In this document: piece after piece, positions 27,367-39,334 of the stretch
Layout of the letters: every line of letters starts with the position of its first letter
Position numbering within the stretch: position 1 is the first letter of the stretch
Source: Balanoglossus misakiensis
Lineage: Eukaryota; Animalia; Hemichordata
Reading direction: 5' to 3'
Length of the DNA stretch: 64,000 nt
NCBI GenBank assembly: GCA_040954595.2
Contig: CM082588.2
Coordinates: 5,592,202 to 5,656,201, forward strand
The notes under the pieces: generated by a model
What the model saw: the letters and a program-made list of their open reading frames with translations, nothing else
The model's database searches: none
What the model was told of the DNA's origin: nothing
Made by a program: the position numbers and the translations under genes

Positions 27367-30300
27367 TCAAGGTGATAACGAAATGACCTCTACACGCCTT
27401 GGTTGCTTCTCACCACCCTCCTTACTTGGCGTTTTCAGCAACACTGTATCTACCCTCCTGGCTGTTTTCTCAGTCGGGGTCCCATTTTTCGCCGGAGATG
27501 TGGTCTTATTCTGGTCACTGATTGGCTGGACCAGTGTTGTTACTATCCTCCTTGGTTTCTGTTCCGTCGCAGGTTTCTGGTCGGCTGCGGGTTCCTGGTC
27601 TGATTTCGTAGGCAAGTCATTTACGAGTGTCACCGGGGTTATTCTTCGCGGTGATTTAGCTGTCGACTCTGTCACCGAGATCTTTTCCATCTGGGCCACT
27701 GTAGTTTTGACGACCAGGCTTTCAGCTGTCTGTCCATCATCTTTGGCTGTGTTCATTAAAAAGGAAAAATTGCCATGATTATAAAACGGATCACACAACC
27801 ATGAATGAACTACCGAGTGTCAGATTTTTGTGTTGCCTAGGAAACAAATGCGCAAAACTTACCTGGTGGATTGTTGGTGACATTGGTGCTTAGTGTCGTT
27901 ATCGCAATGCGCCTTGGTTGTGAGCTGAAATAATAAATGATTGACAGATTAATATAGATGAAATACGGTTCAAAACAGTATGCATGATGCAGATCACAAA
28001 TGCAGAAATTCATCAACTGTCAAGAAATAATAGTATACCACTACTTGCCTTTCTTTTGCAGTTTCACTGCCTGGACTGGTTTTGTTCCCCGCCAGTGTGG
28101 TGAGATTGACCCTCCTCGGAGCTTTCTGATTGGTTGATGGACTCGGTTCCTTCGCCTGATTGGGTGTGGGTTCTCTCACGACGTCCGCCTTGGCAGTCTG
28201 ATTGGGCGATTTAACTTCCATGGGTTCCTCCTTGTTCGGTTTGCCCTTCTGACCAGCCGGAGAGGTTTTGACATCTTTAGCGGAAAGTTTTGATTTCTCG
28301 ACATTTTCAGCAGTTGCCGCTTGTTTGATTTGGTGACCGGACGGAGTGCCAAGCTCTCCTTCCTCAAAGGTGACCAGCGAGCAATAGCCATCAGTGGAGG
28401 AAACAGCCAGCACGCGTCCGTCCTGTGACCTGATCATGCAAATGGAGAAAGTTGTGTGAAATAAAGGGCCAACCTTAGCATAGAAAAGAATGGGTTTGGA
28501 CTGAACCATGGAGGTGAAAGGGTTAAGCTTCAGACCAATCTCTACTGCAGCAGGGTAAGTTGAATCAGACAAGAAGTGTGAAACCTACCAGGTCATGTCG
28601 CTAAGTTGATGGTAGTGGATATTGGAGACGTAGCCAAACGGGAAATTTTGTTGGGTGTCGTAGAGCAGCACAGACTCCTCAGTGGCTACTGCAAACACAA
28701 TGCGATACGGGAGACTGGAGAAAATCAGACACAACTATGATCAGATTCAGCGACTGTTAATTATTGTAAGTGACACCACCTAATGTACTCAGACACACAT
28801 ACACATTACTGTGACTAGTTGGATATCTTACCTGAAAAGTGAGTCGTACTTTTCCCTTTCTTCTGGTTTGTTCTCAGAATCTTTACCTTCTTCGGTAGAT
28901 TCGGGTGTTTTTGTCGATTCTGTTGGTCAACAAAAATAATCGGTTTGTTAGATGTTCTAAGCAAGAATTTCTGTGAATTACATATACATGAAAATCATTT
29001 CTGAAGACAACAGCAGATGAAAGCAAGAGGGAACACAACAGCTAAGATAGAACTCTGTACCTTCTTTCGTCTGTGTTTCTTTGTTGTTTTTTGCTGTCTT
29101 TCTGAGTTCAAAGAACACGGGACAACACCTGACAGCAACGGTGGCTTTATCTGGAGTTGGTAGATGCACCACTGGCCTATCGGAGAGATAGAGGAAGTGA
29201 GAGGGAAATCATAGAGTACAGTGCACGTCAGTACATTTCAGAATTCAACGATTAAACATGCACTCAACACACTTTCATGACTGCTGCAGTCTTACACAAT
29301 TCCACTCAAGAAATATGTCTGCAATAACCCCTAAATATCTTCAAAAATTCTCTTACTTTGCAAGACTTGCTCTGGTGAAGATATACGTTGTGTTCACCAT
29401 CTGTTCTTCCACCTCAATGCAACCAGACGGCACAATGAGGAGCTCGCCGTCGGGAGTGAAAGACAGGCGGCGGAAGAAAGACCGCATGGAGTCGTCGTGG
29501 AACATCCGACTATGCTTGTTTTGACTCTGGGGGAAAGATATGAATTGACAAACAGGGCTCAGTATCTGTTGTGGAACATTATACAGTGAGTGGATATTGA
29601 TTGTGAATAAGGGAAGCTAACAAAATGGGCCCAAAATATAGAAAGATAGATAGACAATCAATTAGCAAAGCTATCACTCACCTCCCCATCACTGGTTGTT
29701 GATGATATTGATAATTTACTGATGTTGTGTAAAACACGTTTGCTCTGACTACTGTACACACGGCACGTCCTGTCAGAAGAAAATAAAATTAAACAAGAAT
29801 ACTGGGTACTTCAAATCGTTCGAAATAAATAGACCATGCAATGTAAAACAACTGACTTGTTTCACTTGAAATCCTACTTACTTGTCACAGCTCAGAGTGG
29901 CATAATACTGTCCAAGTGGATCCCAGCTCACACCCTGGATAAAACTTTTGTGTTCTTTTAAAATAGCCACATTCTGGCCTGCAAAAATCAGATCAAGGCT
30001 TTTTGTTATAAAGTATTAGCTGCCAGTGGGCTGTTGCTCTCTGATTATTATAATATTGATGACATCTTTTGCTTCAGCCGTAAGTCATAATAACTATTAC
30101 TCTATCACTGGTGGGTTTTGAGTACTGTATGCAGGGCAGATTCAAAACAGCATAGACGTTTGCCTTACCTTTAGTAACATCCCAAATGATGGCGCTATTA
30201 TCAACAGACCCCGAGATCATAAATTTACTGTCAACAGACCAGGATATGTCATAGACATCTTCCAGATGGCCTCTGCAAGACACAGAGAAAATGATATCAG

Positions 30301-31236
30301 TGGGAAATTGATGAGAGTAAAGCTAGAGATGGAGAGATCACTGATATCAACACACACACGGACGAGGTATGTCAATGTAGTCTTACTAATGGGTAGCAGT
30401 AACAGTGTTCTTGGGGTTCCCAAATAATATTTCCTTTACCTGAGCATTTTGTATGTAGTCCAGGATTCCTTGTTTTCTTCCTCTCCTTCCCTGAATGCCG
30501 GATTCACATTCGACTGCTGCTGGTCACTTTGCTTCCACAAATAAATCACCCCCTCTGATGATCAAAACAAATACTACCATTAAAACATGCAAATAACTTC
30601 CATACTTAATGGTTATTATGCGCTGGATTATGTTTTAAAGCATAGACAGTAGACATAGCACATTGTCCGATTTCTTTCTCTCCACCATTATATTGACATT
30701 TATAGGCTTCCTTACCATCACCACCCGATGCCAGGATTTCGCCGTTTGGTGAAAACCGCACCACATTGACCGCTTTGGTGTGTCTTGTTAGACTGGCCAA
30801 AAACTCCACATTGCCTTTGCCATCATTTTCCACCTCCACCTTCCACAACTGAAATAAAATAAAAAAGATTTTGTGTTGAGAGAAATTCTCATCATGATTA
30901 TCATATTTGTGTTTGTATAATGGGGAAATGAGAATTATCTGAAGGGAAAGTAAAGAATCTGATGTACATATTTTCATTAATCTAAAAATCAAGATTTCTG
31001 TCGATTGTGCTGATGTGGTACTGGTAGTGAAACTTTACCAGTTTATGTTGCCAATGCAACTGAACATGTATGTTGCAGATGATGTACTATCACTTTTTGA
31101 AGGGGTTACTTACCCTGATGTCTGTATCAGAACCAGCTGTAGCTAGCCTGTATACACCATCTTTGTTGTACTGGAAATCTATACTATAGACTGGATCTCT
31201 GCCATGCCAGGATATTTCCGGTGTCACAACTTTCAT
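27367..31236 (-). CDS. CHAF1B: Chromatin assembly factor 1 subunit B (p60, WD40)
   Basis: Exons 31114-31236, 30716-30848, 30440-30554, 30169-30272, 29882-29978, 29682-29769, 29357-29526, 29061-29176, 28832-28919, 28589-28714, 28049-28429, 27863-27924, 27367-27746. Motifs [103 protein letters not shown]. Confidence 0.96.
28464..28526. mobile_element. 5'-truncated copy of the piggyBac-like MITE in a CHAF1B intron
   Basis: ccaaccttagcatagaaaagaatgggtttggactgaaccatggaggtgaaagggttaa, near-identical to 7264-7320. Confidence 0.7.
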
Positions 31237-31721
31237 ATTTCTTCTCTTTAATTATTCAAGCTGCTGGCTGGAAAACAGGATGATGACTGGTGATGTACAT
31301 TTCATCCGGGTCATCATTGGAATCAACGGGGAAGACACACCCCCTCCCTCTTTGCCAGAATATTTGGGGAGGTCTAGCAAGTGGGACTGTAATTTTAAGG
31401 GGCGCTGGATGCCCCTTGACAAATTTCTAAGGGTGCCCATATCGATATATCCCCAACTGCACGGAGGGGTCATGCTAACGTACGCATCACTGAAGTTAGC
31501 ACTGGGCCACTGCAATCTCACAACCGCCGACCGCGATCGATTAGTCTCCAACACCCACCCAGGTCAAATCTGACGCTCATTGTACGGTTTATTGCTCACT
31601 CTATAAACCATATATTAATACTCGTATGTAAAAGATCACGGAATCATAGAATCTTACCGAAATCCGGTTTCTTTCCACGCACTCCTCCGTTCTGCTATCA
31701 ATCAAAACACTGCGAATGAAA

Positions 31722-31733
31722 TTTCCCGCGAAA
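31722..31733. promoter_or_regulatory. E2F site in the CHAF1B promoter
   Basis: TTTCCCGCGAAA just upstream of the likely non-coding first exon (donor near 31657). E2F control is expected for a replication-coupled histone chaperone. Confidence 0.65.
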
Positions 31734-32555
31734 TGTCACTGCGTCTGCGCACGAACGTATGACCTTAATTACCCAGAATGCCATGCAAGACGTAAAACTT
31801 CAGTAAAGTTTCCAAGAGTTTATGGAGTTCTGTCTTCAACTCTTTTGAAGGAGGGTGGGCGATTTTGTCCTTGTAAACACGCAATCCATCGTTCATTGTT
31901 TTATACGATACAGTCCCTTCATGCCAAAGCAACAAGGCCAAGGTGAATTAACCTTGTCTGATACCCGGGTCTAGTATATATCACCCCCTGTGGTAAATTC
32001 ACAAACACCTGTCTTGTTTATGGGGAAATGATTCGCCTTGCTCTAGATTTTAATATTCAACTTCTGAATAATACAGGAAATAGACTAGTGAAAAGCATAA
32101 ACTTATATTTCACTGCAAAAGCAGAGTGTGAGACATAGTTTTGTCAGTAACAAAGAGAATATAGAGGCAACACCAATCTTCATTCACTTAATATATTTTA
32201 TACTTTATTTATAAATGCAGAACATGAGATTTTTATAGAATATATTTACTGTGGGTATTGTGACACACTTTTGTGGCAACCTGCAAACTGTACATGACTG
32301 GAGGCTGAATGCCAGCATAAAGTAACCCCTACACACATTTCCGAATGTATACTGGTTCTTTTTATTTCAACTCATAACACTCAGAGTTGAACAAAATAAC
32401 ACATAAGGTCTTTAGCCCTCTGAGCAAATAAGCAATATTCTGATGAAGCAAATAATATATACAGCTGTCAGTGATTGGCCACATTTCAGCAAAACCCAGA
32501 CGTTCATCTTAATTCCTTCACAAAAAAAGTTCAAATGGTCTTCTCCATCTACCAA

Positions 32556-35500
32556 TCATGGTATCCTCTCAGACTTAATGACTTTGCTCCTCTGCAAAAA
32601 AAAAAAAAAAAAAAAAAAATAATTATCATCATGCCACGTAATCATTGTTTGCACTCGGGGAGGACAGTCCACTAAGGAAATTTTGCAGTTTCAAAAAGCA
32701 ATACACAATATGAGCCACAGGCAGTAAGTGAAAAATAAAAATCAAATCCGGAAAAAAAACTGAGAGAAAAAAAGAAACATCAAACATACCTGATCAGTCA
32801 GATCGCACGGCGCTCATTTGCATATGAAAGTTCGTCAAGCCAGCGACCGTTAATTTTCAAACAGACGGCTATAGGCCAGTTTTCAAGGTGATTTTCAACT
32901 TGATTTTTACACTCCGTGGTACAATAAAATGCCATGCTAGCTCGATAAATTTCGAAAGTGATTCCTATTTTGCACTGCAGACGTAAATTTTATGAGAATC
33001 TGTCGGTAATAGTAGTAGTTTTTAGCGTGTTTTCGGTGGTATGTTGGTGACCTCGGAAGAGACGTCCACAAACGTGCCAAAAATCATTTGAAGACGACCT
33101 CGGAAGTTAACCAAGTTTTCGTGACAGATAGGTCTAATATCGGTCCCAACATCCGTGAAAAGAAATTAACTCGAAATGCTTGTGTAACGGTCAGCTTAAA
33201 AATAATCGATGTAGTTCGACGATATGACCCGGAAGTATAGGCCCTACGTTGACCTCTCCATGTTAGGCTTGTAAATACGGAAGTGTTGCGTTGCTCGTGA
33301 AACGACACGTTTATCGTGGGGAAAACAGTTTCTAAAAGACACTTGTCAAGTAAAAGTTACTGGATAGTGTATAACACTCTAAGGTAACATATCAGCCAAG
33401 TTTTAACTTAATTACTGGCCTGATTTCGACACAACATCGATCAATCGCACGAGTGCCGCGCCCGGGTGCTCCACGCCGTACGCCTACATTGGGCTACAAA
33501 CAAATATTTGATTACCCATGCACAGAATGCCAGGTTTACCGTACGTGAGGAGCTCAGCTGACGTATTTTGTATATATTTTTTTCTCCGCATCGTGGGATA
33601 TAAGTAGACTTTTCGAAAATGCCAAGTGTAACTTCGAAACCACTTCCCTTTATTCGCCGATGATATATGCAATAAATACAACATTTGTGTCTGAAGCCGA
33701 GCGATTTGTCATCATTGCATTGGGTCGATAAATAATAATAATAGTAATTTATTTATTAAACAGTGTTCAAAATACTACTACAAAATACAGGATAAATTAA
33801 AGAGTTAAAAATACAACAAAATACAGAATAAATTGTCAACTCAGACAGCTAAAATAAAACAGTCAACTGCAACACCACCACCACAAAAATCAGTCTTCAT
33901 CAATCTGAAAGAACAATAAAATTAAAAAAAGTGAGTTTCCTTGACGGGCAAACCTTCATAAAATAATTGTTAGGGTTTAGTAAAACTCGGGATTACATAT
34001 CAGCAATCAAAATTTCTTCGCACGAGAGAGGAGGGAAAACTACGCAGCTGGTACAACCCAGGATCAAGCCTGCGCCAGCGTATATACGTACACATGCATG
34101 CTGTCTTCTCCCGCCATTTTGCAGAAGAAGTGGCGCTCACGGGTTGAAAAGTAAACAAAATGGCGCTCACAGGTTGAAAGGTAAACAAAATTGAACTGGC
34201 CATATCGTCACTATCAAAGCTTGGAAGTGAATGAAAACTCAAAGAGAGGGAGTTTGATGTCTATATTTTGATAAAAGTTTGAAATTTCGTGGTAAAATCC
34301 ATGTGTAACGGTCAGCTTAAAAATAATCGAGAGGATGTCAACGCTATGTGTTTTTTCACAGTCGTCAGAAATTTCGTGATTACAAAGAAACTACTCGACA
34401 GAAGTTGCCAAAAAATCATTCAGTAACAATCCAGTATACCTACCTTCAAGTGAATCCACGGTTTTGTCTTAAAATAATCCACATCGCCTGAAAACAGCTC
34501 TATAATATCGAGTAAAAAAATGGCCTATTTCGCGACCCTTCAGCGGGGCCCATTCTAACGGCTACATGGTTTGAAGTACTTTCTTCATTTGCATATGTTA
34601 ATGAATGCCGTGCGATCTGACTGTGATACTCAGTTTCTGTCAATATACCATCAACAGCTACAATTTGATACTGGTGAGCTTTCATGTACGTCAGGGGTTT
34701 CCGTAGGAAGCGCATGGTTTGACCAGTGATGTTCCCACTGAGAAAGTCTTTCATGTTTTTCACCGGTTGTCCAGGGTCAAAGAGAAGAAGCTTAATGCTG
34801 CCATCTTTCATCTGTTCGTAACCGATAATTGTCCTGCTGTGACCTGGACAGAAATAATGAGAACAATCAGGCACAATATGAAATTGGCCATGTATATATT
34901 CCTTAAAAAAATTCTGAATATGCCACAGTTTTAAAAATGCTGTCAACATTGAAAGATTTACCATTACTCATGTATCATTATTCAATGAAAGATTCATGAT
35001 TGAACTTTGAACTTGCCAGTGGAAACCAGCTCACCTTGGTGTTGTAAGTACAAAGGGGATTTGTTAGTCTGAGTGTAGCCAAGGCGACTGCCTTCATCAA
35101 AGTATCGCTGTACCCAGGCAAACATTTCAGGATGACTGCCATCGCTGGCAGTCGGGTGGTGGAAGTCAATTAGCTTACACCTAGAGAAGGAGAAAATAGT
35201 TTCGTTATAACTGAAGTACCGTATTCAATGCATGGCACAAGAATATTTTCATTTTCTTGGAAGCTGCAAGCATCAAAATCATTTATTTGTTTTCTATAAC
35301 AGTAGCATTGTAACATTTTGTAGTGTATGGCTTCATGTTTGATGTAATGTTTGTAACCTTTCAAACTGTTTCAAATGAAATGAGTGTTTGCAATTTGGGC
35401 AACGTACCTGACATAGAGGGAAGACAACATTGCCACGATCTCTGTTGCACCAATCCATTTCCTTGTGTTTGAGACTTGACCACCGAGCTGATGAGCGCCC

Positions 35501-37603
35501 ATGGCGTCGAACCCTTTCTCCCACGCTGATTCTATCAACTGCTGCAATTTTGGGATGGAAGGGATGATGTCTCTGCCTGGTGGGAGAAATTGAAACTCAC
35601 GGTTGGAATGGCACACCTGAGAGTCTACCAGTATTATGTCACAGTCGCACATCAAACTTTGTAAGGGAAAATTGCATTACCCACTGACTCACCATTAAAT
35701 ACTTTGTCTTTGTATCTGTCATCACCGAGCATGGACGAGAGTAACATTTGCAGGTTTCTGTATCCACAACCCCATCCTCTGTCTCCATACGTAGAACCAT
35801 AATGATCTGTTGCCATGCACAGTTTGGCAAACTGTACTCCCCGAGGGCCGCTGCCTCGGCCATAGTAACCAACAAGTCTGGGCAATATACCTGCAGATAT
35901 AATTTTTTGCCATTAGGTTAAATTATGTAACACAGCATAGCATTGCTTGAGATGTAGTCACATGACATGCAAAACAGTAGTGTCATTAGTCACCTGTGCA
36001 AAATAACTGTTTGAAAAAAAATGTTTGAAATGTTTTCACATGACAATACCAGCTTTACATTTTAATACAGTCCCACACTTGTTGTTGATATTCCTTCAAC
36101 AGGGCTTTACTTTTCTATTCACCTTTTGTTCTTGCTTGTCCTTCTTCAATCCCCTGATTCAGTGCAACCTTCACCTGTCTCCGGTGTTCATGGTAGCCAG
36201 CGATATCCATCTCTCCATTCCAGACTGCCCTCTCCAGATTTCTATCAGACTGTCTACTGTAGCTGCCCTGGTTGTCCATACCATACATAGCCTAAAAGGG
36301 AAAATATGAACAGCCTGTCAGGTACATAATAGTATTATGGAGTTTTACTGTGCAATAAAGCATATGCACTGACTGAAGGTGCCTGCATGCATGCTTACTT
36401 CAGTTAATTGTAACATTAAGCTTCACTATCTGTTTGGCTTGTATATTTTCTTTTGCAGAAACCAGAACTACTCACTTGTAATCTTTTGAATTCTTCTTGT
36501 TCTCTTCTGTCTTGCAACTGTCTTTCTTGTTCCTGTAGCTGATGGGCCATGAGTTGATCTTTCAAAAGTTGTTCACGGTTTCTTTCCTCTTCTTGTAAAT
36601 GCCTCGCGATGACAGCGTCGTCATCACTGTCCTCTAGTAAATCATGTTCATTTCTCTCAGGCCTTGTGTATTCCTGTTGCCTAGAAACCACCTCTTCATC
36701 GTCTCCATCACCTTCGAAGTGAGCCTCGACATGAGACGACAGGTCATGTTCACTGATGTTGCGTCGGCCGCACACTGGACACTGGACATATTCCACATTG
36801 CTGGCCGCAGCTCCTTGCGTGTGTTCCGTGTCATCCTCTCCAGGCTTTGTAAATGTCTCTGCATCCATGTCAGACTCAAGTGTGTCATCAGTGATGTTAT
36901 TTACTATGACCTTTGAACTATGACCTTCCAGAGCATCATGTGGCAGTGACACATTGTCTTGCCCTTCCTCAATGTGTTCTTCTTTGTTTCTGTCATGGTC
37001 TGGAGTGTCTATTTTTCTTGTCTTGATGGTATCTGGGCTAACAACACCCTCACTCATGTCGGTATCCGAGTCTATCTCAATGCACCCTTCTTCATCTACA
37101 GAGATGCTCACAAAACTGACATCATCATCATCTGTTTCCGTGGCAACTGTTTCATGCTCCTTTTTATCCTCTGTTTTCTTTGAAGTTTTGTCACTAAAGG
37201 GGCTTTTGATGAAATTAGTAAATGACGATTTTAACTTGATAAGATTCTGAAGAGGGCTGTTGTCCTGTTTCTTCACATTCTTCTTTGGAGTGTAAACATC
37301 ACTGAAATGAACTGAAAGTAACAATAGATGATATAGAATTTGCAGTTTAGAAAGTAGATATAAAACATTGGATTTCATTGGCCAGATGCTCTTTGCTCTG
37401 GCAGAGCCAAACAATGCATCATCCTTACCAGCATTTACGTGAGCTGTCATTTCCTCTTCTGTGATGCCACTCAGGTCACATATGGGGCAACTGATGCTGT
37501 TCTCTATGTGTGCTATCAACATGTGTGTCTTCATTTCATCCTCAGTCAGGGACTCCTGTCCACATATTGCACAGTCGTACATCATTACTGCTGCAGAAGC
37601 CAT
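32556..37603 (-). CDS. ZUP1: Zinc finger-containing ubiquitin peptidase 1 (ZUFSP); this allele is interrupted by a transposon at the end of the penultimate exon
   Basis: Exons 37429-37603, 36476-37311, 36123-36291, 35693-35890, 35408-35576, 35035-35180, 34624-34843 (+ final G at 32790) and 32556-32591 (RSKVIKSERIP*). Three C2H2/UBZ-type fingers, MIU-like DDDAVIARHLQEEE and DQLMAHQLQEQE, and catalytic motifs GDRGWGCGYRNLQ, LQHQGHSRTIIG and LFDPG. Confidence 0.93.
32795..34623. mobile_element. Non-autonomous DNA transposon, 1829 bp, with terminal inverted repeats and a 4-bp TSD (TGAT)
   Basis: Left end CAGTCAGATCGCACGGC (32795-32811) is the exact reverse complement of 34607-34623 and extends to 32 bp with 4 mismatches. 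TGAT flanks both sides (32791-32794, 34624-34627). No transposase-length ORF inside. Confidence 0.9.
34131..34190. repeat. 2 x 30-bp tandem repeat inside the transposon
   Basis: tggcgctcac(g/a)ggttgaaa(a/g)gtaaacaaaa twice. Confidence 0.9.
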
Positions 37604-38188
37604 TTCTGAAACTGAGTGGAAATTGGAATGATCAAGGGCCAGTCAGTAATCAGACTTTGCACTGTCCACAGTCCGATGGGAAAATGTGTCCTGTGCAAGT
37701 GTATTAGCTATTACTTTTGTGAGCGTCTTTTCCTAGAATTTTGGGGATTTCCATAGTGTACACATCTGATTCAATGTTGTTTCGTCAGTTGCTGACAAGA
37801 AAATCTACTTGAAATTAAATGTATCCGTCTCCTTGCTGAGATCATCTCCTACCTTATATTATAAAGGATATGTTTTGCATCACAACTTCATCGTTTTATC
37901 ATGTTTTAATACGATTCTTGAGCGGTGATCATCTGTGTCAAATCTTCCGCCTTGTTCTTTAAAGTTTTTCAGCAATCGTGTAAAAAACCCACGTTTATTG
38001 GGTAATGTATAGTCTACGTAACCAATCAAAGACTCGGTTACATATGGGTTGGCACAGCTGTTCAGAGTTCATAAGGTCACACACTGTGACGTGCGAATGA
38101 AACCGACATCGAGTACATTGCACCGGTAAACCTTCGCCTGATCTGACCGTATGTACTACGAGAATCCGTTGCACAAAATAACCAGAAA

Positions 38189-39334
38189 ATGTTGATGCGA
38201 AGGAGCTTGCTTGGACTCTTTGCCAGGCTTCAGCGAGAGAATATACAGACCTCGGGAACAGTGTTCGGATGCAACAGACTTTGTTCGCGTTCGTCGACGA
38301 CGATCGAAAAAAATATCACAACGGAAGCGCCAGTCACGGAAGAGAAAACCGAAGGTAAAATAGATCGTGTAGTGTTGTGTGGGAATGATTGCTTTCACAA
38401 TCGCAGCCATCTGGATGGTTTAGTGAAAAGTTCCTTCCACCCGACACGGTTGGCTTATTACGTAATCTGTTGCAAAACATCAATGTCATCCTGAACTTGA
38501 AATTGAACACACAATAAGCCACTGGTGTATGACTGTATTGAATTTTCTATCATTCACGTATAATGCACACCGTACAGAATTATTGAGTTTGACATGAAAT
38601 GTTTTGGCCAACAATTACATAAGTTTCAATGTCATTGATCAAGGTCATCTTCATCAGAATAATTTCTCACCAATGTTAGACAGAGGATGGCTCTGGCACA
38701 GTGTCACTGAATGTGATGCCAAATCCACTGCAGTCCAGTGAACCATCTCACTTGTGGGTATGGATGTCACTGAATGTGGGTCAGCGACCTGTGACAGGAA
38801 AAAGTTATTTGGCCTGTGAAGACAACATGATCAGCAACAATAACAATATTATTTTATGTAATTGTTTATATTAATTTTATTATATATTTAAAGTGTTCAG
38901 ATCAAGTACACATGCAAGTGTAAAGGGGCACAGACCGAGCGAACTTGACAAAACGATTCTTGTGAAGACAGGGAGGTATAAGACAAAAGAAGATATACCC
39001 GATTTTGTCTCGTAAGTACACAAATAATCCAATACTGTTTTGTGTTGTACGCCACTATTTTCTTTTGGGCAGTTTTAACATACAGTCATTTAGCATTTTT
39101 TAATTTTTTTATTTCAGGGATGATATTATCAACAGAGCCAAGTCCAAAACGCGCATATTCATCAATATCTGCATGGCTGGAGTACTCATGGTAGCGATCG
39201 TCTTCATGATCAGGAAAGGTCGACGAGACGTTGACGATGGACAGAGTCTTTCTCTAATGAACATGAGAAGACATCCGCAAATTTACCAGGCTGCCATCGA
39301 GGAGGAAGAACAACGGCACAATAATAATAAATGA
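38189..39334 (+). CDS. FAM162: FAM162 family (DUF1075/UPF0389) mitochondrial membrane protein
   Basis: Exons 38189-38354, 38894-39011, 39118-39334. Arg-rich mitochondrial-type N-terminus, HRPSELDKTILVKTGRYKTKEDIPDFVS..RAKSKTRI, a TM segment, then GRRD..SLSLMN. Confidence 0.9.

Noticed and set aside
27296-27778. 160-aa hydrophobic plus-strand ORF
   Set aside because: Antisense shadow of the Lys/Thr/Pro-rich last CHAF1B exon.
34131-34190. 30-bp repeats as a possible CRISPR-like array
   Set aside because: Two adjacent copies with no spacers, in eukaryotic transposon DNA.
32795-34623. Idea that the transposon is spliced out cleanly as a new intron (Introner-like)
   Set aside because: The only terminal GT (CA|GTCAGA) leaves phase 1, which is out of frame with the available acceptors of the last exon.
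37862-37870. ATATCCTTT on the ZUP1 strand, resembling a U12 AT-AC donor
   Set aside because: A normal AG|GTAGGA donor lies at about 37852 with an AG acceptor at 37606-37607; no U12 branch point or AC acceptor was found.
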